Below the pieces are notes generated by a model. That model did not search any database and had not been told where the DNA came from. It saw only the letters and a program-made list of their open reading frames with translations. Shown here piece by piece: positions 42,347 through 55,928 of a stretch of DNA of 64,000 nt; position 1 is the stretch's first letter, and each line of letters begins with the position of its first letter. The DNA lies in contig NW_003526941.1 in the NCBI RefSeq assembly GCF_000181795.1, forward strand, positions 9,740,605 to 9,804,604, in the 5' to 3' direction. Both the position numbers and the translations under genes were made by a program. Source of the stretch: Trichinella spiralis. Its lineage: Eukaryota.

Positions 42347-45300
42347 NNNNNNNNNNNNNNNNNNNNNNNNNNNNNNNNNNNNNNNNNNNNNNNNNNNNNN
42401 NNNNNNNNNNNNNNNNNNNNNNNNNNNNNNNNNNNNNNNNNNNNNNNNNNNNNNNNNNNNNNNNNNNNNNNNNNNNNNNNNNNNNNNNNNNNNNNNNNNN
42501 NNNNNNNNNNNNNNNNNNNNNNNNNNNNNNNNTGAGTTCATCAGAGAAATTTCATTTTAGCTGGCAATTATATAAGAATTATGTATAAGATGCGCTTATC
42601 CATTTGTTAAAAATTGCTCTAATACAAAGGGAAAGTCAACAAGTGATAAATTGTCCACAGCTGCAGTTTGAATTAAAACCAGGACAAGCAACTGCTAATT
42701 TTTGTTAGCATCGAAATACTTTTCTGATTTTGCTTTGCCGTTCTTTGAAAATGTTTCTCGTTTGCAAACGAATTTTATCTTTAATCTTTTCAATGTTTCT
42801 TTTGCTCCTGTTCACCAGAGTTATTGTTTTCCTTCGTATATTTTATTTAAATAAAGAATTAAAAATCTGCAATATTATTTACAAATCAAAAAAAATTTAG
42901 TTTTATATATTTGGTGTAAATTGTAAACTTTCTATTTTTACAACTGAATGAAACCGACTAGTGCGTTGGTGAGCACTTAAATTNNNNNNNNNNCAAGACT
43001 GGATATTTCTACACTGATGGAAGAGACTCAAAGAAAAAGAGATAGAACGTGACAAAAATAAACAGTGCAAAAAACAACAATAATATTTATCTTGAAAAAA
43101 TGTAAAAATAATGGCACCGGACAAAACAAACATATATATATATTTGATTATTAGAAGGCACTACCTGATCATTATGAGGATGGAAATAAAAAATTTCCAG
43201 AAATAAAATTAAAAATACATAGAAGATACTTAAAACATTTTGTGGAAAATTACGCAGAATAAATTCTGAAGAATCTATTCTGCTTGTGCAAAATAAAAAA
43301 ACGATTAAAAATGTGAATTACCAATAGATGAAGAGCCAAAGATCCATTTTAAAAGGGATATTAAGGCACTAAGCAGAACAAAAAATACAGGATCACAAAA
43401 ATTTATCTGTGTCAAAGAAACCGCCTAAAATTCGCAGCATGGAAAAATTTCACTAATTGCATCATACAGTACTTGAAACCGGAAGTTATCCTTTTAATTA
43501 ACGTGAACAAATAATATAAAAGTAACATTGAAAAGACTGCATATTTCTTCATTCATTCCGATAGATTCAAAGAACAAGTGGTTCGAAGTCACAGAAATTA
43601 GCAGTCCGAAAAACAACAATAATATTTATATTGAGTTGACCATATGCTCCATCGACATATTTTTTGATTTCAGAAGTTTTTTCTGAAAATATTTGTTTTT
43701 TTGATGAGAATTTTATCATAACCTACTTCAATTTTTCTTTCGCTCCCGTTCACGGGAGTTGTTGTTTTTTTCATATGTTTTACTTATATAAAAAAGGTCT
43801 ACTACCCGAGTGTACTTCAAAGGCATGCTGCTCGACGTTTGATTGGCCTTAAATTTCATTGGTCTTCATGCCGGCTAAATTTCATTAGTTGCTGTTGCGA
43901 TGAGTTTTATTCGTTGTCGCAAACCTAAATTTTTACTGGTTGTCATTGTAATGCGTGCTATTTGTCAAATTTTGATTTCATTTCAATGGTCAGTTTTCTG
44001 ATAATCAAAGCTTTACTATTTTATGATATTTATGTGGTAAAATTAATTACAATTAATTATTTAATGAAATTCAGTGAAATGGTGAATCCACGTGATCTTT
44101 CTTACTAATAGCATCCATAACTTCTAAATTCAATTTATACTTTAATTTTAACTTATATTTAACTTCATCAAATTCAGAAACAAATTAATAGGAAGCAAAC
44201 TTTTGAACAAGGCCTTTAAAATGCTCAATATTATACACGCAATAAACCAAGTCAGTTTAAATTAAAGTAAAGCGAATTTCTTAGATCTGATCAGCAGTTC
44301 TATGAATATAATTATGCACAAAAATGAAACCACAAGCAAATTTGTTAATAAACTTATAATTTCAAGGTGCTAGTCAGCTTTTAAATGTATAATTTAGCTA
44401 CTACTAATATACATATAGAAGATAAGCAGTAAAGCATAGAATAANNNNNNNNNNTGAGACAAAAAATATCTTCTCTGCTTTCAGTTTGATCGGTAAAATG
44501 TTTCAAATGCCCAACTGATCTTTTCATTATCATTGGTTATCATCGAATACAACAATCGCATCATGAACGTTTAGTCAGAGGAGTGGTCGGTTTACTTTAA
44601 ATAAAAATTTAATACAATGTACACAAAATGTATAACCACAGATGTATATTTTAAACAAAATTGTATATTTTTATTTTTCAATTAAATAAAACATGAAAGG
44701 AAAAACAGCAACTCGTGTGAACAGCAGCGAAAGAAAGAAACGTTGGAATAATTAAATACGAGGAACAATTTCAGAGAATAGGCTTGCAAAATCAAAAATG
44801 TAATACGATGTTAACAAATTAGCAGTTGCCCCTCCTAGTTTTACCTCAAAACAGCAACTGTGGACAATTTGTCAGTTGTTGATTTTGCCATTGTATTAAA
44901 GCCACCTTTAGCTACAATTTGTGACAAATGGAAAAGCATCTTATGCATAAATCTCGTATAACTGCCAGCTGAAGCTTAATTTATCTAATTAGCGTAGTAC
45001 TTTGTTGGTTGAAATTTTTTTAACCGTATTTTTAAATTCAGATGNNNNNNNNNNAAAAAAAAAAATTTTAAGTTTTTAATTATATTTTTGGGTGTAAATT
45101 TGGTAAACTTTCTATTTTTACAACTGAATGAAACCCGACTAGTGCGTTGGTGAGCACTTAAATTTTTCATTTCCATTTGCAACCCTTTCAATGTATATAT
45201 TTCAATGATAACGAAATATTGAAACTTTCCGCATCAAAAGCAGCGTCTATGATGTAGCTGATCTGTTTGATGTTGCATTTCAAATTACATTTGAAGTTGG

Positions 45301-45654
45301 TTATAAGTGAGCATGGAATTTGGAAGGAATTTCCATGCACTTATCCATTATTTTATCGTTTAATTAACTACAGTGAATTTTTTTCGGCCAAAATTGTATG
45401 CACTTATTCAATGTACGCGACTGTCGCTATGGAATGTACATAATGTAAATATTAGGACAAATAACCACTTTTAAGGTTGGCATAATCAGCTCAACAGAAA
45501 AGGGGCGAAAAAACATAACGGGTTTTATGAACTGCTCGAGCTCCTGATAGAGGAACAGGGTGTTATAGACACCCTGATTCAACAGGTGCTATCAGGAAAC
45601 GTGACCGTTGGTGACTTAAGACGGGTAAACAGGGTTTATGCTCNNNNNNNNNNC

Positions 45655-47090
45655 AGCCGCGGAGTGAAAAAGCAACGGTCTGTGGGTTCTCTACCTTACC
45701 AAGAACGTCCTTGCTTCTCCGATGCACTTTCCGATCGTTTATCTTCCAATCTCAGCTTCTCTTGCTCTTCTCGTGGTATCCGCAAGCTCGACCTGCTCCT
45801 GCAGAAACCGCAAAAAACAAGGTAGATCCGCTACCAAGCTACCGTTCTCCATGGTAAGTTTATCCCATTGAATACGAACTGAGTTTGGAAGTCGTTCACG
45901 CGCGACTGCGATCATAACCTCCGCCGCCGAAAGGCCGCCGTTACGCGGATCCTTTCCCAAAGCCGTCAGGGAATACACCCCCCTATGGCATTCATCACAG
46001 ATGGCGGAAAGATCTGAGCTCTTGCTTAAGGTGTGGAAAAACCGGAGGATGTGTTGTCTAATTGCCACCTGAGGGCGATCAAAACGCCCTCTCAGCCGCT
46101 GCACCGCGATCTCGTAATCCTGGTTAGCTGCCGACAGTCCTTGCAACGCATCCAACGCTACACCGGTCAAGCAGCCACGAAGATAAGCCATCTTCGTTGC
46201 GTTAGACAAATCCGTCTGCTGGTGGACGCTAGATTCAAATTGATCCCAAAACTCACGGAATCTCGTTACATCACCATCGAATTTCGGAAGTTCGAAGCGT
46301 GATAGGCGAACCTTCCTGCCTTCATGGCTAACCGAATCCATCGGTTCCTTGGCAGCCATGGACGACTCCACGTTCGCCCGTAAACTCAGGAAACGGTTCC
46401 TGAGCCCTGCCCAAATGTCACTTTCGATCTCAGCGTCTTCCGCTTCGAGCTCTTCCTCAAATTCCAATTGGAGACCGTCCAATTGCTCGTAGAGAGTAAT
46501 AGTCTCTTGCAGGTGTAAACGAAGTTCCAAGTAGAGAGCGTTTTCTCTCCAAATACGTTCCAAGTGGTCCATCTTCTTCTTCAAAGCCGAACGGCGGATT
46601 TCGACCTTTTTCTTCATTGGCGAAACTCGCATACTCGACACCACCTGACTTACTTCCGGAGGGTTCAACTTCGGTAAACCCTACTGATCCGGCTCGGAGG
46701 ACCAAAATGTTAGCGGCAAAATCGTTGTCGCTTGAAAGCTAGTGGACTGTAGTTCTTATTCGGCGGCAGATCAATCAACTATGATTATCTAGCCGCAATC
46801 CGAGCTATGTTCGTTTCCGAACGTGACAAAAAGCAAGACAAATAGGTGTAAACAGGCTTTTACTAAGCAAAGATGGAGTCTTAGAAACGGGACCAACGGT
46901 GTAGTGAGAAACCACAACACAAACAATAAATAACAACAAACACGCCCACGCAATACAGAACACAACACAACACGCTACGATTCCCACGCAACTAGTTTTT
47001 TCTCTCCGTCTATGACGTCATTCTACCGTAACCCACCGTAGCCCGCGCTCAAGTACAGGCCACCAGTTCATTGTAGAATAATTTCCAACA
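45655..47090 (-). mobile_element. Second BEL/Pao copy, partial: 5' LTR (46708-47090), PBS and gag start, truncated by an assembly gap
   Basis: LTR near-identical to 55547-55928 but with a different flank (ACAAT). Gag (LPKFDGDVTRFREFWDQF) lacks the stop seen at 55058-55060. Confidence 0.92.
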
Positions 47091-50000
47091 ACAATATTAG
47101 AATTAGGGTATAAAAATCAGGTGAGTTGGATATAAGTTACAGTAATATTTCATATGGCACTTTAACAACTACAACTCCAAATAGTTACGACACGGTATTA
47201 AACCGAACAAAAAATACAGGATCTAAATCTTTATGTGTGTCAAGAAAGCGTCTTTAATTTGCCGCAGGGGAAANNNNNNNNNNGCCGTTCCTGTTGATGT
47301 TGACAAAGATTTATTATTCACACACAAATGGCGCACAAATGCTGACATCAAGCAATGTGATGTCCCACTTCAGAGTGAATTTGAAAGCAACTTTAACAGC
47401 TTTTCTGCTTGGTGCTGTTCATCGCTTTCTTTCTGCCTTCGAAGTGCTTCACTTTTATTTCTCCATCCGAGTTTAAAAATACTGTTCAAAAAAAATGTCT
47501 GCCAACAGTTGCTTTCACTTGTCATATAAATTACCTTTTTAACTAACAATTAAATAAAAATTTATGCCTAAGGTTCTTTTCTATTGTCAGATATTATTCT
47601 GATGAAGGCTAGTTGAAGGCTATTTAAGTACAAAGGGAAAATCAAAAATTGGTAAATTGTCTACAGCTGCAGTTTTCAGCTAAAACAAGGAGTGGTGATT
47701 GCTGAATGTTAGCATCGAAACACTTTTCTGATTTTACCTGCCAGTTCTCTGAAAATGTGTTCAGTTCGCAAAAGAATTTAATCTTTCCAATCTTTCTTTC
47801 GTTTCTCTTCACAAGAGTTATTGTTTTTCTTCTTATGTTTTATTTAAATAAAAAATAAAATCTGGAATTTTGTTTAAAATAAAAATTTGTGGTTATACAT
47901 TTTGTGTAAATTGTATTAAATTTCTCTATCAATATCTAAAGTAAACCCACTACTGGGTTGATTAAACATTCAGGTTGCAATTTTTGTATTACTATGGTCA
48001 ACATTCCAGATCAAAAAATATCTGTTGCATTTCGAAATGATTTTACCAAACAAAACTGAAAGCAAAGAAAATTATTTTTCATCTTAAGTTCACTTCATCA
48101 CGGGTGTGTCCGTTATATTGATCTAGCACCGCATATGCTCTGCCAAAATATGATCATAGTTAATTACCATTGTCAGCAGCCAAGGAGTATAAATTGGTCT
48201 TTTATGAGCTGCCAAAATTTTTATTCCCATTGTTGAGAGTGAACAATAATTGCGCAATATTATGGAGTTCACTGCCTTGGTCAGATAATGAGTTCATTTG
48301 AGAAAGCATCTGCAGCATTGTAAAAATTCCAGACCACCATTTATCATGGCATGAATTTGTGGCTTATGCATTTAGATGGCATCATAGTGCTCAGAAATAC
48401 TGAAATGCTAGCTTCCGTAGCGTAGCGTGTAATGTTATGAAGCTTGTAATGCAGTACGCACTGACTTCACATTATATGGATGATCTGTGAAAAATTTCTC
48501 AGATGTAACGTAGCTAATGTACAGATTGAACTGAAAAAGCTTTTGCCTAGCTTACGGAAATTTAACTGCAGCACATGTGTGTTGGTCTAGTGAAATTTCA
48601 GAAAACTTTTCGTGCTGAATGCTGTTAACCTAGCTCACAATATTGTCAAGCTAGTGAACAAGACTAGCTCTGTTTCCATCGTAAACAGTCATTACATGTC
48701 AAATTATGAAAACAAAGAATAACGTAGATAAACACGATTATTTAACATTTCTTTGGTCAGCTATCTCTTCTTCAGGCAATGTTCGCTATACATGTTCATT
48801 TGTTGCTTCTATATTTTTGTAGAATAATGCAATTGGATAATAAAGATATTTAATTTGCAAAGAACAAGACCGTCAATTCTATTTTTCATTTATTTCACTC
48901 CTCAGTGCTTATCATTAGCTTGTGTTATTTTCCGTATCGTAGGTTTGAGACGTGTTTTCGAATGATGGGAATAAATAATAATGATTTTCAGTTTGTATCG
49001 CAAAGAACCGACATGAGCCAATACACAAAGGGAGATGCCACACGCACAAGTGCATAAATCATAATGACAAATACGGGTTGACAAATACAAACAATAGCTT
49101 AATGTAGCACATTAGTAATGTAATATTACAGGCAATCCATTTTTTCAATATAACGATTAGTTGGTTGCCATGGTACAGTGTCCACAAGTTTAGAAATGGA
49201 CTTTTCCCATATTTATACGTTATTGTTGTATTGCCCATCTTGCCCATGGTATACATTGTAATAAGTTTTCACCGCCTTTTCTTACTGGTCGTTGAACTCG
49301 CTATTTCATTGGACCTTCAATTCGTCGTCTTATTAGTTTTCCTTATCTAATTGCTCATTGATTCAAACTCTTCAGTTGTGATTATCTGTAATATTCTTCA
49401 TTTCATTGGTTCAAATATTCCATTTAGGATTACGTAACTTTAATAGTGGTGACGTAACATTAATAATGAAAATATTCCTTATTTGGGAATTGTTTCAATC
49501 AAGATTTATAAGTTTTATCATTCATTGAAATTTGGTTTTTCCAATATATTATTAGTGAAGTTCATACTTTTTAGTGATCAACGTTTTCAATAATAACTTT
49601 TATCATTATTCTATATTTTATTGTACCAGAGTGACGTTATATAAAATGCAATAGTAATAATTCAGAAAAAACGATACAATACAAAAATAAGTTAAATAGT
49701 GATTTTGATTTTTCACTAGTCAAGAGCAGCAACAACAACAGTAAAGAACAGTCAACAACAACAACAACAATAAACAACATAATAGTGAACAATATTAACA
49801 AAATGGTATCAGAGAGATTTCAAAATCACAAATTATTGTTTTTGGATTAAGATTGACGCTGAGGATTGCCGGTTATGCCTGTGTTAGCGGCAAAATCGTT
49901 GTCGCTTGAAAGCTAGTGGACTGTAGTTTTTATTCGGCGGCAGATCAATCAACTATGATTATCTAGCCGCAATCCGAGCTATGTTCGTTTCCGAACGTGA

Positions 50001-50263
50001 CAAAAAGCAAGACAAATAGGTGTAAACAGGCTTTTACTAAACAAAGATGGAGTCTTAGAAACGGGACCAACGGTGTAGTGAGAAACCACAACACACACAA
50101 TAAATAACAACAAACACGCCCACGCAATACAGAACACAACACAACACGCTACGATTCCCACGCAACTAGTTTTCTCTCCGTCTATGACGTCATTCCACCG
50201 TAACCCACCGTAGCCCGCGCTCAAGTACAGGCCACCAGGTTCATTGTAGAATAATTTCCAACA

Positions 50264-50277
50264 GACTCCCCCCTTAA
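50264..50277 (-). promoter_or_regulatory. Polypurine tract of the BEL/Pao element
   Basis: AAGGGGGGAG-TC immediately before the 3' LTR on the minus strand. Confidence 0.85.
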
Positions 50278-53200
50278 TGGGTGGAGCCCATTAATAAGCT
50301 TCGGCTGGTTCCAACAGGACCAGCGTGCGGATCGATCGGCACAAGGTGCCTGCCGCAGTCTTGACTTTTGCCGACCTTGTCAGCCCGTCACCGCCAGTGA
50401 GCAACTCAACGATTCGACCAAGGGGCCAACGGCGTCGTGGAGTATTGTAGTCAGCAACCAACACCACGTCGCCAACACGGGGTTGCTCGTGTAACCTTTT
50501 CCATTTTCCCCTGAAGCTCAGAGTAACCACGCACTCTCGTTTCCAGCGCTTCCAAAAGGCGTCCACGAGTTTTTGCTGATAGGACCAACGGCGTAGCAGG
50601 TGTCTCAAACTACTGCGCAGTGTTCCACGATCAGCACTGTTGCTCCGGTCAGGAAATGACGCCAGACTTCGTCCGATGAGGAAGTGGGCTGGAGTAAGGG
50701 CCATCTTCTCATCTACGTCGCTTCCCACGAAGGTCAATGGACGGTCGTTGACACGAGCTTCTACTTCGCACAATACCGTGCGCAACTCGTCAGGTGCTGC
50801 CAGACATTGGCCTAACGTTGCCTTCAATGCGGTCTTCACAGATCGCACAAGGCGTTCCCAGTACCCCCCGCACCAGGGGGCACGTTCCGTGATGAATATC
50901 CATTCAACACGTTCTGATGCGAGATGTCGTTGCACAGTTTCCCAATTTCGACCACTGAAAAGATGTTTCAAGAAGGCGTTCGCCTGATGAAAAGTTCTAA
51001 AATTGTCTGACTGGATGGTGTCAGGGCGTCCGCGACGTGCGACAAACCGTCGCAAAGCACGTAGGAAGCTCTCGATCGTCTGGTCTGGGACAAGTTCCAA
51101 GTGTATGGCTCGGACAACCATACATGTGAACAGGCATATGTAAGCCTTCTTGATCACAGATTTGGAACTTTCACTTCGGACCAGTAGGGGTCCAACAAAG
51201 TCGATCCCAACATTGCTGAACGGCCTCGCTGGATTCACTCTGATCGCAGGCAGATCACCCATCCGTTGTTGGAACGGACGCGCTGCCACTCGTCGGCAGA
51301 TCCCACACGTGCGAAGAACACGTTTAACGGCACTGCGACCACGAAGAATCCAGAATCTTTCTCTCAATGCCGCGAGAGTTTGAGCAACACCGGCGTGCAA
51401 CTGTCGATTGTGCTCCCGTCTGATCAGCAAATCCACGATCATCCCTTTTCGAGGGAGCAGAGCTGGGAATTTGGTTTCCTCTTCCAACTGAGCTCTGCCA
51501 AGACGTCCACCTACTCGCAAGACTCCGAGCTCATCCAGAAAAGGGTTGAGACCGCTCAACATCTTCGTCATCGCTTTATCCAGAGACTCTTTCGAGCCGA
51601 AGGCGTGGATCTGCTCTTGCCGGATCCAAACTCTCTCAGCTTCCTTCAACTCGTCCGACGTTAATCCAGTTCCTGTTCTTCTTGAACTTGAAGGCAGGGT
51701 CGTATTATGTCGAAAACGTCGGCACCATGCGGTCACTCGGATCAACCTCTCAAAACTGGAATACCTACCCGGGTTGATGACATTAACCGCATCCTGCGGC
51801 GGTGAGACTGTCACCAATACAGCAGTCGCTCGAAGTTCCTTTTCGAGCACCTCTAGGCTCTCAATCCTTTCTTCCTTTTCGGCTTCCGGCCATGTTTCAG
51901 GGGGGCCTCACAACCAGGTCGGGCCCTGCCACCACTTCAGTGAAGTAGAGAGATTCTTCACAGTACAACCTCGGCTCGCAAGGTCCGCCGGGTTATCTTC
52001 AGTGGGGATGTAACGCCACCACAGCGAAGGAGTGAGAGCTTGAATTTCGCGAACTCTATTCGCAACAAATGGTTTCCACCGATTCGCGTCTCCATTGATC
52101 CATCCCAATGCCACCTTGCTGTCACTCCAGCAATGGCAAGCCTCCACGTCCAATGCCAGCTCTTTTCTAACGTAACAGACCAGTCGGGCACAAAGAAGAG
52201 CAGCCATCAGCTCTAGCCGAGGAGTGCTCAACTTCTTCAGCGGAGCCACTCTGGATTTCGCTGTCACGAAACTCACCTGGATGTCATCTGGGCTCTTCAC
52301 CGCCCTCAAGTACACTACTGCAGCGTACGCCGCTTCAGAGGCGTCACCAAACCCATGGAGCTCTAAACGACTCGCTTCTGTCGGTGAGAACGGGAAATAC
52401 GCCCTGGGCAAGGCGATGCAGGGCAACTCGTTAAGCTCTAACTTCCAAACTCGCCACTGCAATTCGACTTCTGCAGGCAGATTATCATCCCATGCCATAC
52501 CAGTTTGCCACAGCGACTGGAACATCCGTTTCGCTCGGACCGTGAAAGGAGTTAGTCCGCCGAGCGGATCAAACACTGAAGCCGCTGTCCGGAGAAGGTT
52601 TCTCTTGGTCTAATGGTCCTGGTTTGCGGCTAACTCCGGTGGTCGGAAAGTTAGTTCATCTTCCTGTGGATTCCAAGAGACGCCCAGGGTCTTCCACAAG
52701 CCGCTATACCCGTCCCTGAAGATCTCCTCAGTTGGCCGGTCAACCAACGCTTCCGGGGCGTTACTCGCCCATTTCGCCAGATGGAATCCCCCACTGGCGA
52801 GCAACTCAGACGACCGATGAGCAAAATCCCTTGCTTCTTCTATGGAGTCACAACTAACCACCAAGGCGTCTACATACATACCGGCCTTAATCTCATCGAC
52901 GACAGTACCGAAACAGTCACGCTTCTCTCTTAAATGATGGTTCACCACCTGCATGGCTAAGTACGGAGAGCAAGCTAGACCGAAACACACCCGTGTCAAA
53001 CGGTACGTCGCAATAGGACCACCCGGTCCGTCCTTCCTCCACAGAAAACGACAAACGTCACGGTCTTCGCGCAATCCCACTTGCAGGAACATCTTCGCGA
53101 TGTCCGATTGGAGGGCCACTCTAAAACGTCGGAATCGGAGTAGAATTCCTAGCAAATCAGCCTGCAGCTTCAGCCCCGAATCCAGCTGTTCATTCAGTGA

Positions 53201-55525
53201 TGTTCCTTTGAAATTCACTGAAGCATCCAACACAATGCGATGCTTCATCGCCTCTGGACCCTGCTGACTGACTACGTGGTGAGGAAGGTACCACGTTCGT
53301 CCCTGGGGTCCTTCCGACGTGATTTCCTCTGCCCAACCATTCACAAGGTAGCTATGGAGTATGGAGGAGTGCACGTCCCTTCGTGATGGCTCTCGGGCCA
53401 TCCGCCGCTCGAGTGTCTCGAGGCGTCGTTTCGCAACAGCGAAATTATCGGGCAGCCAACATCCGCTGTTTTTCCAGAGCAGTCTCACTGAATAGCGAGT
53501 TCCATCATATGAAAGCCCTTCACGGAACCGCTTCTCCGGATCGACTTCGTCTGACTCGCTTCTAAAAGGGACGCCCATCTCTTCAATCTCCCAGAAGCGT
53601 CGGAGCAAGTCCTCGACGCTCGGTTCCACAACAGCGTTGAACGCGGCAACAGTCTCCGGCGCTGGGTGAGGATTCACTGGACCGCAGATGATCCACCCTA
53701 GAACAGTTTCCACGGCCACCGGGTCGCCTGGCTTTCCTCTTCGGATCGCCTCTCCTAGGAATCGACAGTAGTAGTCAATGCCGATTACGACGTGCACTTC
53801 GTCAGACGATTCGTCATCGAGGATCAGATCCAAGAATTGCAAGTGCTCCCACTCGCTCGTCAGGATCTTCGAAACTGGAATTCGGTGGCAGAGACTCGGC
53901 ACGGTGAGCGCCTCCAGAGGATAGCGCTCTGCATTTTGGCTGCCGTCAAGTCGGCTCAGCCAAAGCTGCACCACCTGGGATCTGGGATGCTCATGGGTTG
54001 CACCACCGAACCCTTCAACCTTCACTGGCTGAGCTCTCCCGACAACTCCCAATGCCGCCGCAACATCTTCCCGGATGAATGAGTACTCTGCGCCTGTATC
54101 CAACAGGCACGTCACGGTTATTCCAGACCCCGTAGCACCGAAGGCTCTCGCCTTAATCGTCTGAAAGCGGTTGATCTTTCCCCGCTTTCCTGAGGCCAGG
54201 TTGGCGTGCATCATCGAGACGGATGATGACTTACACTCAACCGTGGGTGTCTCTTGCACTCTCTCTGTGGTCGTGGTACCGACCGACACGACCGCATTGC
54301 TGTCTTTCGAAGACGGACTCTTCCTGCGACGATCGCTCTTGCAGGCAGAGGAGACATGCCCTGGTTTTAAACAGTAGAAGCAAAGTCGATAGCGGGTTGC
54401 CATCTCCCGCTGCTTCTGGCGACTAGCCTGTTTCAATCTCGCGCACTCCGCAATCGTGTGCTGTTTCTGACAGAAACCGCAGACGGCTTCAACCGCGGAG
54501 TGAAAAAAGGCAACGGTCTTTTGGGTTTCTCTACCCTTACCAGAACTTCCTTGCTTCTCCGATGCACTTTCCGATCGTTTATCTTCCAATCTCAGCTCTC
54601 TTGCTCTTCTCGTGGTATCCGCAAGCTCGACCTGCTCCTGCAGAAACCGCAAAAAACAAGGTAGATCCGCTACCAAGCTACCGTTCTCCATGGTAAGTTT
54701 ATCCCATTGAATACGAACTGAGTTTGGAAGTCGTTCACGCGCGACTGCGATCATAACCTCCGCCGCCGAAAGGCCGCCGTTACGCGGATCCTTTCCCAAA
54801 GCCGTCAGGGAATACACCCCCCTATGGCATTCATCACAGATGGCGGAAAGATCTGAGCTCTTGCTTAAGGTGTGGAAAAACCGGAGGATGTGTTGTCTAA
54901 TTGCCACCTGAGGGCGATCAAAACGCCCTCTCAGCCGCTGCACCGCGATCTTGTAATCCTGGTTAGCTGCCGACAGTCCTTGTAACGCATCCAACGCTAC
55001 ACCGGTCAAGCAGCCACGAAGATAAGCTATTTTCGTTGCGTTAGACAAATCCGTCTGCTAGTGGACGCTAGATTCAAATTGATCCCAAAACTCACGGAAT
55101 CTCGTTACATCACCATCGAATTTCGGAAGTTCGAAGCGTGGTAAGCGAACCTTCCTGCCTTCATGGCTAACCGAATCCATCGGTTCCTTGGCAGCCATGG
55201 ACGACTCCACGTTCGCCCGTAAACTCAGGAAACGGTTCCTGAGCCCTGCCCAAATGTCACTTTCGATCTCAGCGTCTTCCACTTCGTGCTCTTCCTCAAA
55301 TTCCAATTGGAGACCGTCCAATTGCTCGTAGAGAGTAATAGTCTCTTGCAGGTGTAAACGAAGTTCCAAGTGGAGAGCGTTTTCTCTCCAAATACGTTCC
55401 AAGTGGTCCATCTTCTTCTTCAAAGCCGAACGGCGGATTTCGACCTTTTTCTTCATTGGCAAAACTCGCATACTCGACACCACCTGACTTACTTCCGGAA
55501 GGTTCAACTTCGGTAAACCCTACTG

Positions 55526-55543
55526 ATCCGGCTCGGAGGACCA
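55526..55543 (-). promoter_or_regulatory. Primer binding site, tRNA-Tyr type (also at ~46687-46704)
   Basis: TGGTCCTCCGAGCCGGAT, 3 nt inside the 5' LTR; resembles the complement of the tRNA-Tyr 3' end used by many BEL/Pao elements. Confidence 0.8.
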
Positions 55544-55928
55544 AAATGTTAGCGGCAAAATCGTTGTCGCTTGAAAGCTAGTGGACTGTAGTTTTTATTC
55601 GGCGGCAGATCAATCAACTATGATTATCTAGCCGCAATCCGAGCTATGTTCGTTTCCGAACGTGACAAAAAGCAAGACAAATAGGTGTAAACAGGCTTTT
55701 ACTAAACAAAGATGGAGTCTTAGAAACGGGACCAACGGTGTAGTGAGAAACCACAACACAAACAATAAATAACAACAAACACGCCCACGCAATACAGAAC
55801 ACAACACAACACGCTACGATTCCCACCCAACTAGTTTTTTCTCCGCCTATGACGTCATTCTACCGTAACCCACCGTAGCCCGCGCTCAAGTACAGGCCAC
55901 CAGGTTCATTGTAGAATAATTTCCAACA

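Larger units (their letters stand above)
49882..55928 (-). mobile_element. Full-length BEL/Pao LTR retrotransposon, inactivated
   Basis: 382-bp TG...CA LTRs at 49882-50263 and 55547-55928. 5-bp TSD GCCTG (49877-49881, 55929-55933). One reading frame 55507-50291 encodes gag, CCHC fingers, protease (LLDTGA), RT, RNase H (LHGFGDAS) and integrase (GIDFVG, QSDN, GGYWE). It carries three in-frame stops. Confidence 0.97.

Noticed and set aside
49979..50224. Short hydrophobic ORF repeated at 46805, 49979 and 55644
   Set aside because: Lies within the LTRs and reflects their TG-rich composition; no evidence for an env-like gene.
50640..54664. Plus-strand ORFs within the BEL/Pao element
   Set aside because: Antisense shadows of the GC-rich polyprotein frame with no recognisable motifs.
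55058..55060. Programmed stop-codon readthrough in gag
   Set aside because: The sister copy has CAG at this position, so it is a nonsense mutation.
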